A DNA stretch of 64,000 bases, from assembly GCA_051294905.1 (NCBI GenBank), contig CM119371.1, positions 14,262,001-14,326,000 on the forward strand. Reading direction: 5' to 3'. Within the stretch, counting starts at the first letter, position 1. Every line of letters starts with the position of its first letter. Under the pieces are notes generated by a model. That model saw only the letters and a list, made by a program, of their open reading frames with translations. It was not told the DNA's origin and made no database searches. The position numbers and the translations under genes are program-made. This document shows, one piece after another, positions 1 to 14,194 of this stretch. Origin of the DNA: Botryllus schlosseri. Taxonomy: Eukaryota.

Positions 1-222
1 GGTGGGATTCAAGATGTCCAAAGAGAGGCATTGCTTAGAAGCTGCTATATATGCAGGATAAGCCTTCTTAAGATTGAAAAGGATGTCATTATCACTCAGC
101 CAGACGACTCAGTATAACTGTATAAAATCCATCTCCATTAAAACGTAGATGGCAAGAAAATTCCTATAGGCTTGCGACGATGGTGTAGCCACGGCGAGGT
201 TGATGAAAGAGAGATACAAAGT

Positions 223-282
223 TCAGACGTCGTGTATTTGAAGTAATGCAGGTATAGTCAACTTCAAAATCTCCTCTCGTTC
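223..282 (-). CDS. CATSPER2: CatSper2 last coding exon (EREEILKLTIPALLQIHDV*)
   Basis: Acceptor ATTCCAG|GAA in phase 0, TGA at 223-225. Parallels the CatSper2 ending ERKKLQEFAVQALMNLEDK*. Confidence 0.85.
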   Translation of the reverse strand, partial: EREEILKLTIPALLQIHDV

Positions 283-1751
283 CTGGAATAAATCCAAGCG
301 AGAATTGTAAATCAACCTAATACGCTACGCATCTTCTATTCCGAATGGTAATTAACCTGACGATACATCTCAACCTGGTATGTTGAACACTATTATATCA
401 TGCTAGCATGCAGTTCGCTTAGTTAAATCCACTCACCATTCGAGTATTAACTGTTTTAGATTACGTAACCCAAACATGGTGGTGACTCGTTTGTAATCAT
501 GTCAGTCGTATGACAGTTCATTAGGCCTGAAATCCTTATACAGTAAGTTTCTTCCATGACATTGCTCAAGTCTACAAAACAGATCCAATGCATCACGATT
601 TTCGACTTGCATTATTTGCGTTGCGTAAACAACAAATGTTGTATGTATGGCTTGTTGCGCTAATTGAGATGCCTGCCGTTTTACATTATAATTCGCATTT
701 ATTCTTTCTCGACTGTTGTACAAAATGGGAATTTTAGTAACATATATGTTACTTGGTTAGCGTCGCTATAAGACTATAGGGATGGTGTCTGTGTTATTGT
801 GTCACATTATTACTGTGGTTAAGCCTGCTTAGAGTTGTGTCATCACCCAACATGGCTGAGTCGTAAAATCAAACACCTGAGTTAATATATTCTAGGGTTA
901 CCATACGACCTCTTTTAAGAGGATTTGTCCAAATTCGACTAAGATACAACAAGTCAGCACTGTAGTAACGCTACGGCGGCTATTTCGGGAGTTGGGCCGG
1001 AAAATTGACCTTCTTTTTTAGTCAACCGATCATGAAGTGGAAAAAATTTAGTATATTTTCAGGTTTTGCCTCCGGTTTTGCAAATTTGCAAATTTTGAAA
1101 AAGCGTCCTTATTTCAGATTTCCATAGTATGGTAACCTTATTATGTTCCTAAGCGAATTTAAAGATTCAAGTTGAATGGAGCATTCGCTTGTATCTCATT
1201 ACAACAGTAAGACGTCGTTGACAACTACCAATATATGCCTTTCAGGCAATAACGAGGTAAATACCGGCAATTATAGTGACCATGTTAGCCCACCCTAACA
1301 GAAATGTCGCTTCCTTGAACGTGCCCAGAAGCAGTGCTACCTGTTTTGAATGCCATGATAAAGGTTTCAAGGCATGCCGTAGCTCGCTTGAAGCATAGAC
1401 TTGGTTGTGGGGGGGGGGGGGGTCGCGTACGTTTAGTAGATAATTTTCGCGACTGACACAATCGGACTTACCAGGTTTTACACTACTAATAGGTGCCATT
1501 TTCGGAAATATGTTAAAATGTAAAGTTTTCGTGTTGCAGGGGCTGTTTCGATCAGTTTTTATAACAGTTTCACTCGGAAAAGTGATGCGAAGTTATACCA
1601 AAGGAGCTTTCTACTTTTCAAAATCAAAATAAAAAAGTATGTAACTTGTACTGAAAAACTGGAAGTAGTGTAAAAACACACCCATTTGAGTAAAGTGCAG
1701 TTGGACAAAACCTTATTGAGTACGGAGAAAAGTGTAAATAACTCGCTACTT

Positions 1752-1943
1752 CCGATACCTAAGCGTTGGAGGTTTACCTAGGCTCCTCCTCGCCACCTAA
1801 TCCGCGTCAGCGGTGTCTTACAAAAAACCTAGAGGTGGGCCATGCTATAAGTCGGCAGTTACGGAAAATAAGAAGAATATCGGCCTGGTGTAAATGACCA
1901 CAGTAGTCGACAAACACCATGAATACCCCCAAAACAAACAAAC
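1752..1943 (+). mobile_element. 5'-truncated SINE copy
   Basis: Same core and CAAA tail. Confidence 0.8.
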
Positions 1944-2585
1944 TCGCTACTGACAAGCTTAGAGTATTCATTGCTGATGATTGCACTCATAACTAGGGCC
2001 AGACTGGTATCGGATTTTTGACACGATACGTATAAAAGCGATAACTGGCACCGTCACTGAAAACTCCGATACATTCAGCCGCTATTTAAAAAATACGACA
2101 TTTAGCTGAGGGCGCATTTCCAAATTTCATTTGAACAGCTTACAACCATTGTTATACTTGAACATGAAATAGACTAGAGAGGTTGTATCCATATACCAGT
2201 AGGCTATAATAAAGATGTCAATATTCCCAGTCTAGTAGTGGCAGGGTATAGTTCTACATGACTCCGTGGTCCGTACTATCATGTTGTGACGTCACGAAAA
2301 CGTTCGATATTTTTTACCTCAAATGGCCGATGCCGATATTTTTCTCAAATGTCGTATCGACTCGATAATATCGACAAACCGATAACAGCGATGGAAACAT
2401 ATCCCCAAAACTACTTTCTATTTTACAAAAACGTGAGTGTGAGAATTAGGAGTTCTGACTAAAAAACTGTGAATTAGAAGTGGAAGTCTGAAAATTCGAC
2501 CAGGTAAATAATAGTGGAATTAATCACGGTACATCAGCTTATTTGGGTACTCCGAAAAAGTAGATATATACTTCTGTGATGATAC

Positions 2586-2771
2586 CTGTAGATTCTCTTG
2601 CAGTGATTCCATGAGATGATAAAACTTGAACAACGCGTCTCTGGGCCAGGCCGTTTCGGTTCCCATTTGCTGTGCAGCATCGAGGTGACACTGCACTAGG
2701 CTTTCCCACTCTGCGTTAAAAATGGCTTCATCCGACTCGTGTCCTATCATTGAGGTGCCGCTCACCAAATC
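2586..2771 (-). CDS. CATSPER2: CatSper2 exon 10 (DLVSG...EWESLVQCHL...ETAWPRDALFKFYHLMESLQENLQ)
   Basis: Acceptor CATCCAG|, donor CAG|GTATCA. The WPRDxLFxY/F...LQxNL motif is characteristic of the CatSper2 C-terminus. Confidence 0.93.
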
Positions 2772-3062
2772 CTGGATGAAACAACGATCTCACACTGTTT
2801 ACAGATAATGATGCTGGGCTTGTAGCGTGACCAATCGGCCATGCCTATTTCAACATTGCTGGCAACTATCTACTATCTACTACTATAGAATTTATGTATT
2901 ATCTGTAGAGGTAGTCAAAGGGCTTGAGCTAGTATTCAAGTAGGAGTTGAATTAGCGATTTCCAACACATGTCTGTCGCAACTACTTAAAGAGAAAGCAG
3001 AGAATGAACGGTTTGAAAAGCACACACGTAGTTTGAATAAGTTGATTTTAGCAGATAATCGG

Positions 3063-3616
3063 GTTGTTGCTTGCGGCGTTTATGGTGTTACTCGACTACA
3101 GTGGTCATTTGCACCAGGCTGATATTCGTTTTGTTGTGATTTCGTATCAGCCGATTTGTAGACGGCCCGCTCTTAGGCTTTTGTAAGGCACCGCTCCCGC
3201 GGATCATATGGTAAGGAGGACCCTAGATAAACCTCTAAGGTTACCCAACATATGAGCATGCGACACAATGAAAAACGACAGATGAGCATGCGACATTTTA
3301 GCATGTGTCACTTTGGCATGTGATTTCACAACCCCGAATCTGACCCTAACTCCGCCCCCACCCCTAACCCAAAATCAACCGTGTATATATGCTAACCCCA
3401 AACCTAACCCTAAACCAAATCCTCAATCTTAACTATACCCGGTCCTAGCCTCAAATTTAACCCTCATGCTCAAGTGTCGCACGCTCAATGCTCATATGTC
3501 CACGGACCACCTCCAATACTTGGGAGGGGATTTTGGAGTCGATTTGGGCCGGTCTCGAACCGGCAACCTATTGGTGTTGCAGCTGTGGATCATACCACTA
3601 CGGTAGATCTCGCAAT
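3063..3616 (-). mobile_element. SINE copy split by a nested CCCTAA-rich MITE (~3239-3508)
   Basis: SINE tail and core at 3063-3238, head at 3509-3616. The insert has CATATGAGCAT inverted ends and flanks ACCTCTAA/ACCTCCAA. Confidence 0.7.
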
Positions 3617-4374
3617 AGTTGTTGTTACTTCCGAAAATGCAACATGCATATGAACTAGTAACGCATAACTTCTAATGACACCACACATATAAGGTGCCAT
3701 TTTCGAAAATAAAACGCAAATATTTTCACGGGTAAATGTGATGCAAACATCAAAACTACTTTCAACTTTCCAAAATTCACAGCGCAGTCGTGTGAGTAAA
3801 CGTAAGTAGTAAATAGTCTTGCCTTTAAAAATGTCAAGTGGAAGTATAGTTGAAACCTACTTGAATACTCGGAAAACGTAGAATTACTTTATTGCTGACC
3901 GCCTCTCAAAGTTTGATTCACGCGACGGGACTGATGGATTAGAAAATATGAGATCCAGGATGGCTTTATCTCGAAAGTGGAGAAGGTCAGAGGTGCTGGT
4001 CAAAGTAGTAACCGTTGCTTCTCACATAGCAGTTGAAGTAATGCTACAAATTTCATCCCAATTCCAAGTTGAAGTAGAAAATGAAATGTCGGAGAACTCC
4101 TCAACTAAGTAATTTCAAAATGTAAATCTGTTCTAGCGGTCGCATATTTTTTGCAGTTGGTTGGTCGTGCCATTACTTCTGTAATTGCGATACTTCTGAA
4201 ACCTTGAGAAAGTGGAAAGACCTACCTCATTACTATGAATAAGGTAGAAATACTTCATTGAGAACGACATACGACTATAGATGTTCTTATATTTCGCAAA
4301 ATCTCCGTTGTTGTTGCAGTATATCTTCGAAAACGAAATGACAGTCTCGAATTCTTGGCTATATTGTAATATAC

Positions 4375-4533
4375 CTGCACTGTGTAGTTGGTGCTCATCG
4401 ATATTTTGGACATGAGCGAAACCACTGATTTCCTTCGCAAATATGCGGTCGCGATGGTTTCTTCGATTGGCGGCGCTTCGTGCTCCAGCGATGCTTTCGC
4501 GCGCTGCGGCACCGAGAGAAGCTGCAGTCCGAC
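4375..4533 (-). CDS. CATSPER2: probable CatSper2 exon 9, variable C-tail (VGLQLLSVPQRAKASLEHE...STNYTVQ)
   Basis: GC-rich open stretch with acceptor AAG| (alternative CTGCAG| 12 nt downstream) and donor CAG|GTATAT, phase 0/0. No conserved motif, so the assignment rests on position and phase. Confidence 0.6.
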
Positions 4534-7054
4534 CTTTCGAGAATTACGCGGATATTGAGTATATAATGGCATTGTTCGATTGGAATTTCGGTAGTTAGGA
4601 GTTATTTTATCAATTATTTCTCCATTTCTCATTCAAAACAGCAGAGTACAACACATCTGCATCCTCGTCGTTCAACTACCATATGTTTGTCACAAATTAC
4701 TAGTAAACGTATCGCTCTTAGACTTGTGCAAACTACTGGATTCTCGAAATGCACAACTAGAACTAGAACTGAAACCACCCACTTTTCACGACTTGCACTA
4801 GAGCTAGAGCTAACGACCTTTAAAAATCTACAACAAAAACTGAAACAGAACTAACTATATTCAATCCCGAAGCGAACAGGCACTGATAACACGAATTACT
4901 GAATTGCAAATGAGAAAAGTTATATTAGAGATAGAATCGGCATTTCAGAAGGACGGGGTTTCGAAACCAGCCCCTCGGGCCCTCGCATACTTCACTGTTG
5001 GTAGTGGCGACTCAGACCTGGCGCAATATTTTGTGTTGTCGCTGTTGTGTCGAATTAGCTGTCCGGAAATATTTTTTTTAAATACGCAGCTAGCACTGGA
5101 ACTAGAGCTACTCGAAAAACCAGCCGTTACTTGAACGTATTCGCTAAGTATATTGGTAGTTTATACAAGTGTCATCGCTCTATCAAGTAATCTGACAGTC
5201 GCGGCGTCTCGCGCGTGTCCAATGTCCACATTCAAGCCAAAATACAGGCAGATTCTACCGAATAAATGCTGGTATACACTCGAGATTACATGGCCACGAT
5301 TTGACATATCGACCGTGCCTTTACTGTCACATATATCCCTTCCTTTTTATCGATTGTTCTCTTATGCTAACTCCTGGTCTTTTTAATACACTATGCTTGT
5401 TTATATTTATATGTTGCAGGCCAATATCTGAGCGTCTGCTTTGAAGACTACCACAAGTCGTTAGGACTCCCTGCTATCTTGTCCATTTATTCCAATTTTG
5501 TGGTGTTTTGAACAGATAAACTAATGAAATGAATCAACGAATGGCATAGTCTGGGACATGTAATTCTAAAGATATTTCGCCCACCAGGTATGGCTAGATA
5601 TTGTATTGTCACAGCCACAGGGCAGGTTACAATGAAATATTATCTTATGATATTCAAGTACCTACCCACGTATCATACCTCAGGTTAAAGTGAAGGTACC
5701 CGTCAGTTTTAATTTGGACATTCCTTCAAATCCGAAAGAGATTGCAATAGAACGACTTTGTTGGGAACAATTAGCAACTGATATTGTATTAGATTCAATC
5801 AGTATTTGAAGAACGATTACATGGTACAGTGAAAGGAACTTCGTTTTGATATCCATACGCAAATACCGATCCGAATAGCATACTGAGTCAGTCGATTTCC
5901 ATTACTTTGATTACTGCGCCCAAAGAAATGTGTTAGTGACAGCGATATCACTGGTGAAAAGGATAGCGGTTTAACATGATGATTTCTATGTTTTAATCGA
6001 AAGCATGATTCAGAATATTGCGAGGGCATATGGTATCAACTAAATATTAGCTATATCAGCTAATGACCATGGTATACTCACTTCCGCTATAGAATCTTCA
6101 CTGGGTTTGACGTTTACAATCTCTCGAGAGTCTGAAAATGGACGAAGAAATAGATTAAGATTTCTGCTACAGCAAGCTACATAGCTCGCAGGGAATATTA
6201 CTTTGTACCATAAGTGAGCAACGAATGAATGAACATTCAGTTTCCCAGTTACGCCGTGGCTCAGTATACACATAACAGTTCGAATTTTAATTTTCGGACA
6301 CTAAACTTGGAGGCGCAATGTAGCAATTCACTGTGCCTCATCCGTATTCAACATTGAAGAATTGGCCCCTACATGAATACTGCATAAAGCGTTTATATGT
6401 GAGGCCTTTCTGAACGTATACGGTACTGGGTTAACGCTGAATATGTAATGCATATCATCGCCTACGGGTTTGGAAATGGTATATAGTCCGATTTTTGTTG
6501 TTGTTTATGTTACAGTGATACTTGTTGAAATTTCATCAATGGAGATTTCACGATTTCAACAGTGTCTTTAAAAAATCTCTTATCATTTCCAAGAATAGTA
6601 GTGGTATAGCTGACCTATATCTGTTCTATCGTACCAATATACCGTTGGCAACAACATAAGGTTATGCCAGCGTTATATGGGTCTGACTTCTGTAGACTCG
6701 GTTGTTGTGCTTTGAATTTACCAGTGATATCGTTAGAAACTTTCAAATAGTAATTGTGTACAAAATAGCTCTGAAATAATAGCGGGGAATCGTTGTATAA
6801 ACAATGGACGTCGATGCAATCGAGTACAAGCGTTGGTGGTTTGGATATGAAACAGCATATTCCAAGTCAATACACCGTCATAGAATAGTAGGTTCAAAAT
6901 GTTTATTAAAAAAAAATCAGGTCTGGTGATAGCTATATTGCACTTTGTATAATATCTTATCAAATTTGTATCATCTTCCATCCCATATGGTTGAGACGAT
7001 CTCTATCCGCAGAATCTATATTTCACTTTCGGGTATACGTCCTTATATTCAGAT

Positions 7055-7670
7055 CAGTGATGAGCATCGGAGCGGGGTCGGAGTGGATTCGGAGCGGAGT
7101 TTTGCCGATTTTGTGACAGTCGGAGCGGAGTCGGAGTTTACTACAGATATTTTTTCGGAGAATTTTGGAGTATTGTAACTTTTGTCTCCGATATCTTTGG
7201 ATAGGTCTGACCAGAATACACTATTGATTATGATTACAAACCAAAACACAGACAGTTGACACCTACTGCAAAGTTGTAATATGACGGGTAACATGCAAAA
7301 ATGATTGCCAAGTGCATAAAAATCAGCCATCTGCACTGCAATTGGAGACTGGAGAGTAAACAATACTATAAAGCCAACCGTATTATCACATTTATTTATT
7401 AATACACATTACCAAGTGTACCATGCTTGCCACTCTAATGATATGGTTAAAATGGTATGATTGGCCACGAGCTATCTCAACCTAGTGATCTAGCAAGGCA
7501 TTTTCGTTGAGCATTGGCTGTAGTGAATTATGTTTCGGATACTTGACGAGATTTATCGGAGTATCTCGGAGTCTGGGATTGAGCTCTTCGGAGTCGGAAG
7601 GAGTTTTCCTAAGACACTAAAGTTGTCGGAGGGATTCGGAGTCTCGAAAAGCACAATCCGCTCATCACTG
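7055..7670. mobile_element. hAT MITE with CGGAGT subterminal repeats
   Basis: TIR CAGTGATGAGC, TSD ATTCAGAT. Confidence 0.9.
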
Positions 7671-10600
7671 ATTCAGATGGCTAACCTCGATGAGAATAGA
7701 TCAAACTATCTACTCCTGTGTTGTCTGTGTGAAAGAGATGTACATGACTTTGGATTTTACAGTAAAACGGAGTTGAAGATTTTGGCTGGATTAGGGTCGG
7801 ATGTGAAATTACAACTTTGCTGGATTCAGATGGGAATATAGAATTTTTAATATTTTTCAATTTCAATTCGACTTTTTAACTCAATTCCATCATTATCCGA
7901 TGTGATGTTGGTTTAGACACCACAGGGACCGAATTCTGGGTTCGGACTTGGATTTGAAATTCAAATGCGGCACAGAATTACGATTTAAAAACGATAAATT
8001 CGCTCATCTCTGCTATGTGGGCCATGAATCCGATCCAAACGTTTTTGTGAATGAAATCGTCGCAAATTTTAGGACGTAACTACAATTTCATTTCATATTG
8101 TCAAGTTCCGCATTCCTCTGTTGATATGATAGCTCGACTAGTCAACAACTCGTTACGCAGTCATCAATCAATACGCGTGACTTGTTGCAAGGTATAAATT
8201 GTTCGTCTCGGCGTAATTTCTGTCTCGTAGAGCGCAAGTGATCAGCGCGTCGTGTACATGTACGTACAAGTACTTAGCACATAGTCATACGTATGCTAAT
8301 TTTCGCGCATTATACTAATATTTGCTTAAGACGTTGCGACGCATAACACAAACCAGATGTTAAGTATAGTTTTACGAATTAAGATTCCTGCGTGAGTGAT
8401 GGCTCCCGCTTATCGCAGGTGTTGGATCAACACGCTATTATTATGTGTACTATATGTTGTGATAGGGTCGGTCAATGTAAAATCAATAAGGGCTTGGAGT
8501 GGGGCACTTAGAATGTAGTATGTTAATTGAAAAATGCAATTTACAAAGATAGGATATGGTAGTAAGGTTTCGAGGTAAATTTTCGCATGTCCTACGTGGG
8601 TTGAATCGGTTTGGTCATAACTCATGATAATGGCAACTTTACTACAACGTGGCGTGCATTCCAGTATCATGTCTCAAATTGTATTTGACCTCACGCTTAT
8701 CCAAACCGAATTTCTGACTGGATCGCGATAGCGTCAATGCGGGAGAAGTGCTGACATAATTGTGGAAATTGTTATCGATTACACGTACAGTATCAATAGT
8801 GACGATTGAGTTACTTGGAAATGTAGCCCTGGAGAGCCAACAATACATCCCACCCATTCACAGCAATGATGCGTCAATGGGTATTTGCTTACAATGCATT
8901 TAAAGCGCTCTAATGCAACAAAATGAGTCAACAGAAAAGGTGGGCAAATGCCAGCAATGTGATATAACTTTACAGTCTTCGCTAGAATGTGCATGTTAGC
9001 CAACTATTGCTTATTACCACCCCGAAAGGCGGCAGACCTAAACACAACACGTTTCCTCCTGTTATATATCTCCATAAGAATTGGTGCACTTCACACCTAC
9101 TGGAATAGGTGTTTTAGCAAAATCCCCGAATATATAATTTCCACCATACGCTATGATCGGGAATTGGTAGAATCCGCTATTTTCGTTTGGAGTGTTTTAA
9201 ATCAAAACTTCTTCCATTCATGAGCAGTTCGCAAATTACCGTTACTTGATTCATATTGTAATAGTTACATTATATGGAGTTCTGACTAGATACTTCAAAC
9301 TATATGCGCCTCTTCCGTCCTGTTTTTAAGTCAGCGTGAGAAAGATTTATGTCTCGAAAATTACCAGTTTCGTTTTCCCAGGAGGACAATCTATCTGTTA
9401 CGAATCTTACTTTTGCCTGATTTACGTGGTGACTGAATGTTCGAATCGGCAAAATACCTTCATCCCTTGAGATCAGGAACGTGTCAATTCAGTGCAGACT
9501 ATTTCATCAGTTCAAAAATACAAGGCACAGATTTTATAAGACTCATAATTCAAGTTATGCTCATATATTGGTCATAACTGCGTTCACTCACGACACAACC
9601 GTCCGCGTAACAGAAGTATGGTACATAAGATATTGTGTCACACTGTGAAGATTTGTGATTTGAAGTAATGTTATTAGTTGTCAACATATTATCTTTCGAT
9701 TTTTCGTGCAAACGTGCAAGAGCATGCCGGCTAGGCAACTATACGCGAACCCTATGCTTGTCAGACAACTAATATAACACATACCTCTAAACGGGACTTC
9801 GGAAGCTGTGGCGTGATGTGCGATTCCTTCGAATTCTCTTTTGAACTTGTCAACCTGACGTGAATAAAGTAGAGCCATCATTGACCTATATTTGGTGGAG
9901 TCCGTAAATTATAGGGCCATTTTATATGAGGGTCGACTCTGGACATATGTAGATTTACATATTTTTTCCTCTGATTTTTCAAGTGTACTTCATATACATT
10001 GCATTTCTGCATTTCTCATCTCTTTTTGAGGACGGAATCTTTTCCATAACTTTCAAATGTGCTAAGCAACTGGGTAACACGGATACAGAACTGCAGGTCT
10101 CAAATTACTTTTAATGATGCAAAAATAATTTTAAGCAGTCTATCGCGAAATTTAGTTTTGCATTGAGTAGTTCTGGTCATTCTGCGGAATCTCTCTATGT
10201 ATTTTCACTTGAAGATAATGTCACACATCGGAGTACATAATTGTACTTGAGGCATGTGGTTAATAATAAATCATACGGTATGAACCATATGTTTGAATGT
10301 ATTTCTAGCTAAAGAGAGCACAAATATGACACAGATATCTGATAGTTGTAATCCCCGTAACCGAGACAGTTACATAGCCAGGTCACAATTCTCGAGTCAC
10401 GCGCCATGGCACGAATGTGTTGGTACAATTCCTACCGAGACGCCGCAAATTTTATTGAATCGTGTTACAGAACCAGTGACGACTCCGAACAAGCTTTAGT
10501 CACTATAAATACAAATCACTTTCGAGTCATAAGAATACAATTGTCACAGGAGCCTATCACTGCGAAGGCTAGGTTTTGACCTTTTTCCCAAGCACGTGGC

Positions 10601-11158
10601 CATTCAGGCGATGCTCGCTATCACTTTCAGAATGTGCGTATGGGCTAAGACTTCGAATTTAAAAACAGATTTGAGAATTTGGGCCGGAGTAGGATATGGT
10701 TTCGATGTGACATTTAAGGACTGGGAATTCTTAGTACGACTTTCGTTGACTTTAAAATACACACGAATTTGAAGCTCGTACCCTGAATCACGACATTTCC
10801 GATTTATTGTAGTCTTTGAATGCCTGTCCGGTCACCATCTAATTCGAGAAAGCGGTGTCTTGAAAAAGCATATAGTACGAAAGGGGCCGTGCTACAATTC
10901 GACAGATCGGGAATGATCATCAACAACATAAACAACATATAATATGATCACTGTAGTCAACTGTTACAACTGAAGTAGCAGCAGAAGTATTTAATTACAG
11001 ACACCGATTCCACGATATTTCAAGACTACTGCAAGCGGCAGTATAGAAGATAAAAGGCATATAAATTACAATAGTAAGTGGTTTGGACATGTAGATTTAG
11101 TTCGTGGGTCGTGTACCTTTAGCAGTTAATTTGAAGCGAGTGCTTTCGGAGTTGCAAT

Positions 11159-11656
11159 TAGGGCTGGGCGAAATCGAGTACCTGAGTGATTCGATTCTGA
11201 ATCACGTAAAATGCTTCGAGTCGAGTCGAGTATTCGAGCATCACTCATTATGACCTCATAGCAGAATTTAATATGTCAAGGATCAAATGACTACCTTTTA
11301 TGCCACCACTCAGAATATAATGCCTGTTATCCATCACATTAAAGATACTTTGGTATTTTTTCGACCATACCAATTTCATCGCACTTTGTGACAATGTTGC
11401 GGGATGATCATGACTTCGGAAATGTGTTATTTTCGCTAACGTGCGTAGCTTTGTACTGTATGTTTCGTACGTCGCGATACGGCCAATCGAGGTTTCAGGG
11501 CTGCCACAGTGGAAAATAGTATCGAAACTATAATTCTCGTCGATAAATTACCTTTCAGTGGAGAGGAGCGTGTAATTTCATTACTCGAAAAAATCGTCTT
11601 TTACTACTCGACTCGCATCATTAAAAGTAATACTCGAATCATTGTGCCCAGCCCTA
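11159..11656 (+). mobile_element. hAT MITE
   Basis: TIR TAGGGCTGGGC, TSD GTTGCAAT, TCGAG-rich ends. Inverted paralogue at 62628-63158. Confidence 0.92.
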
Positions 11657-13838
11657 GTTGCAATATGTATCTTCGCGACTAACGCAAAATGACTTACGGT
11701 GCAACAAACAGAAAGTATCCCCGAAAATATATTGAGCCGCCGTGATACAAGGTCTATTTCGTACTATCCCCACGAAAGTTTCACATATCAAAGTGATGCA
11801 GGCTTTTTCCAAAACTACCTTGTACATATCAAAATCCAATTAGTGAAAAGTACAAGAGTGGGAGTATTCTAAAACATAACCACTTGAGGAAGCAGTGCAA
11901 GTAGGCAAGGTCTTCTTGAATACTCCGGAAAATGGCAAAGTACTTTGTTACTGACCGATATTGTACGCACCGAACCATTGTGCAAGAAGCGTAAACGTAT
12001 CTTTTAACTAACATTATCTTATGGAATTCACCATCAAACCAAGATGATCGTTACCGTCGGGCAATGACGAATCTACATTACACGAAGGGGCACAGCTGAA
12101 ACACCAACACCAGCAGGTGGGCGTGTAAATTCCTCAACAGCTCTTTGTAATTCCGTTGCTACTTATTAAAACGGGGTATTATCAAATAACACTTGCTGTG
12201 GCACTTGAAGTGAATACTTTATAAATTGGTGTAGTCATGGCGGAGTAGCGGAATTCTCAAGGCGACCATTATGTCACACATTTCTGTAGTAGTCTATCTA
12301 TTCAATCACGAGATACATCTGTTGCCTTCGCGTGGAACCTATTACTTTGATGCTTGCAGCAAGCCGAATTCCGACGGGACTGAAATATAACGCGGGACTT
12401 GTCACTATTTGGATTAATTAGCATTGTTTCATCCCGTTGTTCGATATATTTGGGTTATTACTCATGATCTCTGTCGGCTCCCCCGATACTCATTATTTTT
12501 GTTTGTCCAAATGATTCAAGCGTCGCCATATAGGCAGCTGTGTTAAGTTGTAGAGTTCCTACGCATGAATTTTTCGATTTGAACTGCAGTTGACCGAATG
12601 ATTGCTGACAATTACGCCCTCTACATCATTTACGATTGTCACCGATGCTATCGTTTTCATACAAAACAATCGCGGCGCCCAGTGGAAATACAGGAAATTA
12701 TTATAGAAACTATACCTGCAGAAAATATGGCCGAATGCCCTCTTATTTAAGTCGTTTCCGGCTCAACCCTAAACACTTCGGACTCGTAATAATATATATG
12801 TATTAGAACAGTGGTTGCCGACCTTTATTAACCTGGCGAACCCTTACGCTAATCTACAAGACCCCAAATTTTGGCCGAGCGACAAAAACAAAAATCCAGC
12901 ACATCGAATATACCTTACTATACAATACTGGTTGTCGTGCGAGTATACGGAAGACTATTGTTTCATTTGCTTTAACTAACTTTAATCTCAGCGTCAAATA
13001 CAACAGTAACAGTAACAGTCGCGTTATAAATAAATATTGCCACTTGCCAGTGACGCTAATTTATATATATTGTTTCAAATTTCCTGACTACAATATGTCA
13101 TTGCGGTTGGACACATTACTGCAGGTCGCTGTCTACTCTACAGTACGGAAATCTCGTTGCCGTGATCGCGGGTAACCTTCTGCTGCATGCATCAAATGAA
13201 ATGCTACCTCGTATCGAGGTGTGAAGGCTTTTGCATTGGTAAGAAACTATCGCAGCGACAACCTTCGTGCATAAAATAATACGCAGTGTGTATTTATTTC
13301 ACTCGGAAACATTGGCTTTCACTATACCCGGTTCGGATTTTAAAACTTGAATCGCAATAGCCATCACCAATAATGTATTAATGAGGAGAAAAACTAGATT
13401 GGTGAAAATATTATGGATGGTGTTAACGCGAGGTTCACGTTCGCGTTCTGTGTTTGAACCTAGGAAATTTAGAGGTTCACGTTCACGAACGAACCTATAG
13501 GTTCTGCACTGTGAAACTTTTTCATATAGTACAATTTTTCACGTCATTACACCATCTTAAGTTGAAATTCTTCGCATTATAACTTTGGGCCACATCATGC
13601 ATGGTGCTGGCAGCATAAAAAACAACGCTCAATGGGCACGCACCTTGCCAACCTGAAACATTTTACGTTCTTTGTTATGAATGTTTGCTCGAAATATTCA
13701 GCTGTCCATTTGTGATCATTTTGTGACTCTCTGCAGTGAGCTTGACCCGTAATCACACAAAATCAAGAACGAAATACGCTAACTTTGGGTAATCAGTGAA
13801 TGATCCTTATCCAACCGATTAATGAAATTGGTATAAAG

Positions 13839-14194
13839 CAGGGGTTCCCGAGCTATTTATGGTCGCGACCCCAAATTTCGATTTTTGGCGTGCTGATTAC
13901 TACGTTTTTATTTACGTGATTATTGCGTGGCCGGTGTATGCAATATATTGTTAACACATAGCAGTACTGGTCACTTGTAATTTGGTAAATGACGCTTCCA
14001 CTGATCTGATACCTCCTTGTTTGTCCGGTTCGCATTTGTTTTTCCTTCTATTTTGAAAAATGAAGTAAAATCTTCAGAAATCAGCAGCTGATAGCATCCG
14101 CATAATTGACATTCTGCGAATAGTCAGCGGTATTTAATTTTCGTTTTTAACACCCCAGTGAATAGGCAAACGACCTATAGTGTGAGAGCCACTG
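13839..14194. mobile_element. Charlie-like MITE nested in a larger GGTTCACGTTC-rich element (~13413-14790)
   Basis: CAGGGGTTCCC...GAGAGCCACTG termini, TSD GTATAAAG/GTATGAAG. Confidence 0.7.

Noticed and set aside
1409..1422. Poly-G run
   Set aside because: Simple homopolymer with no supporting context.
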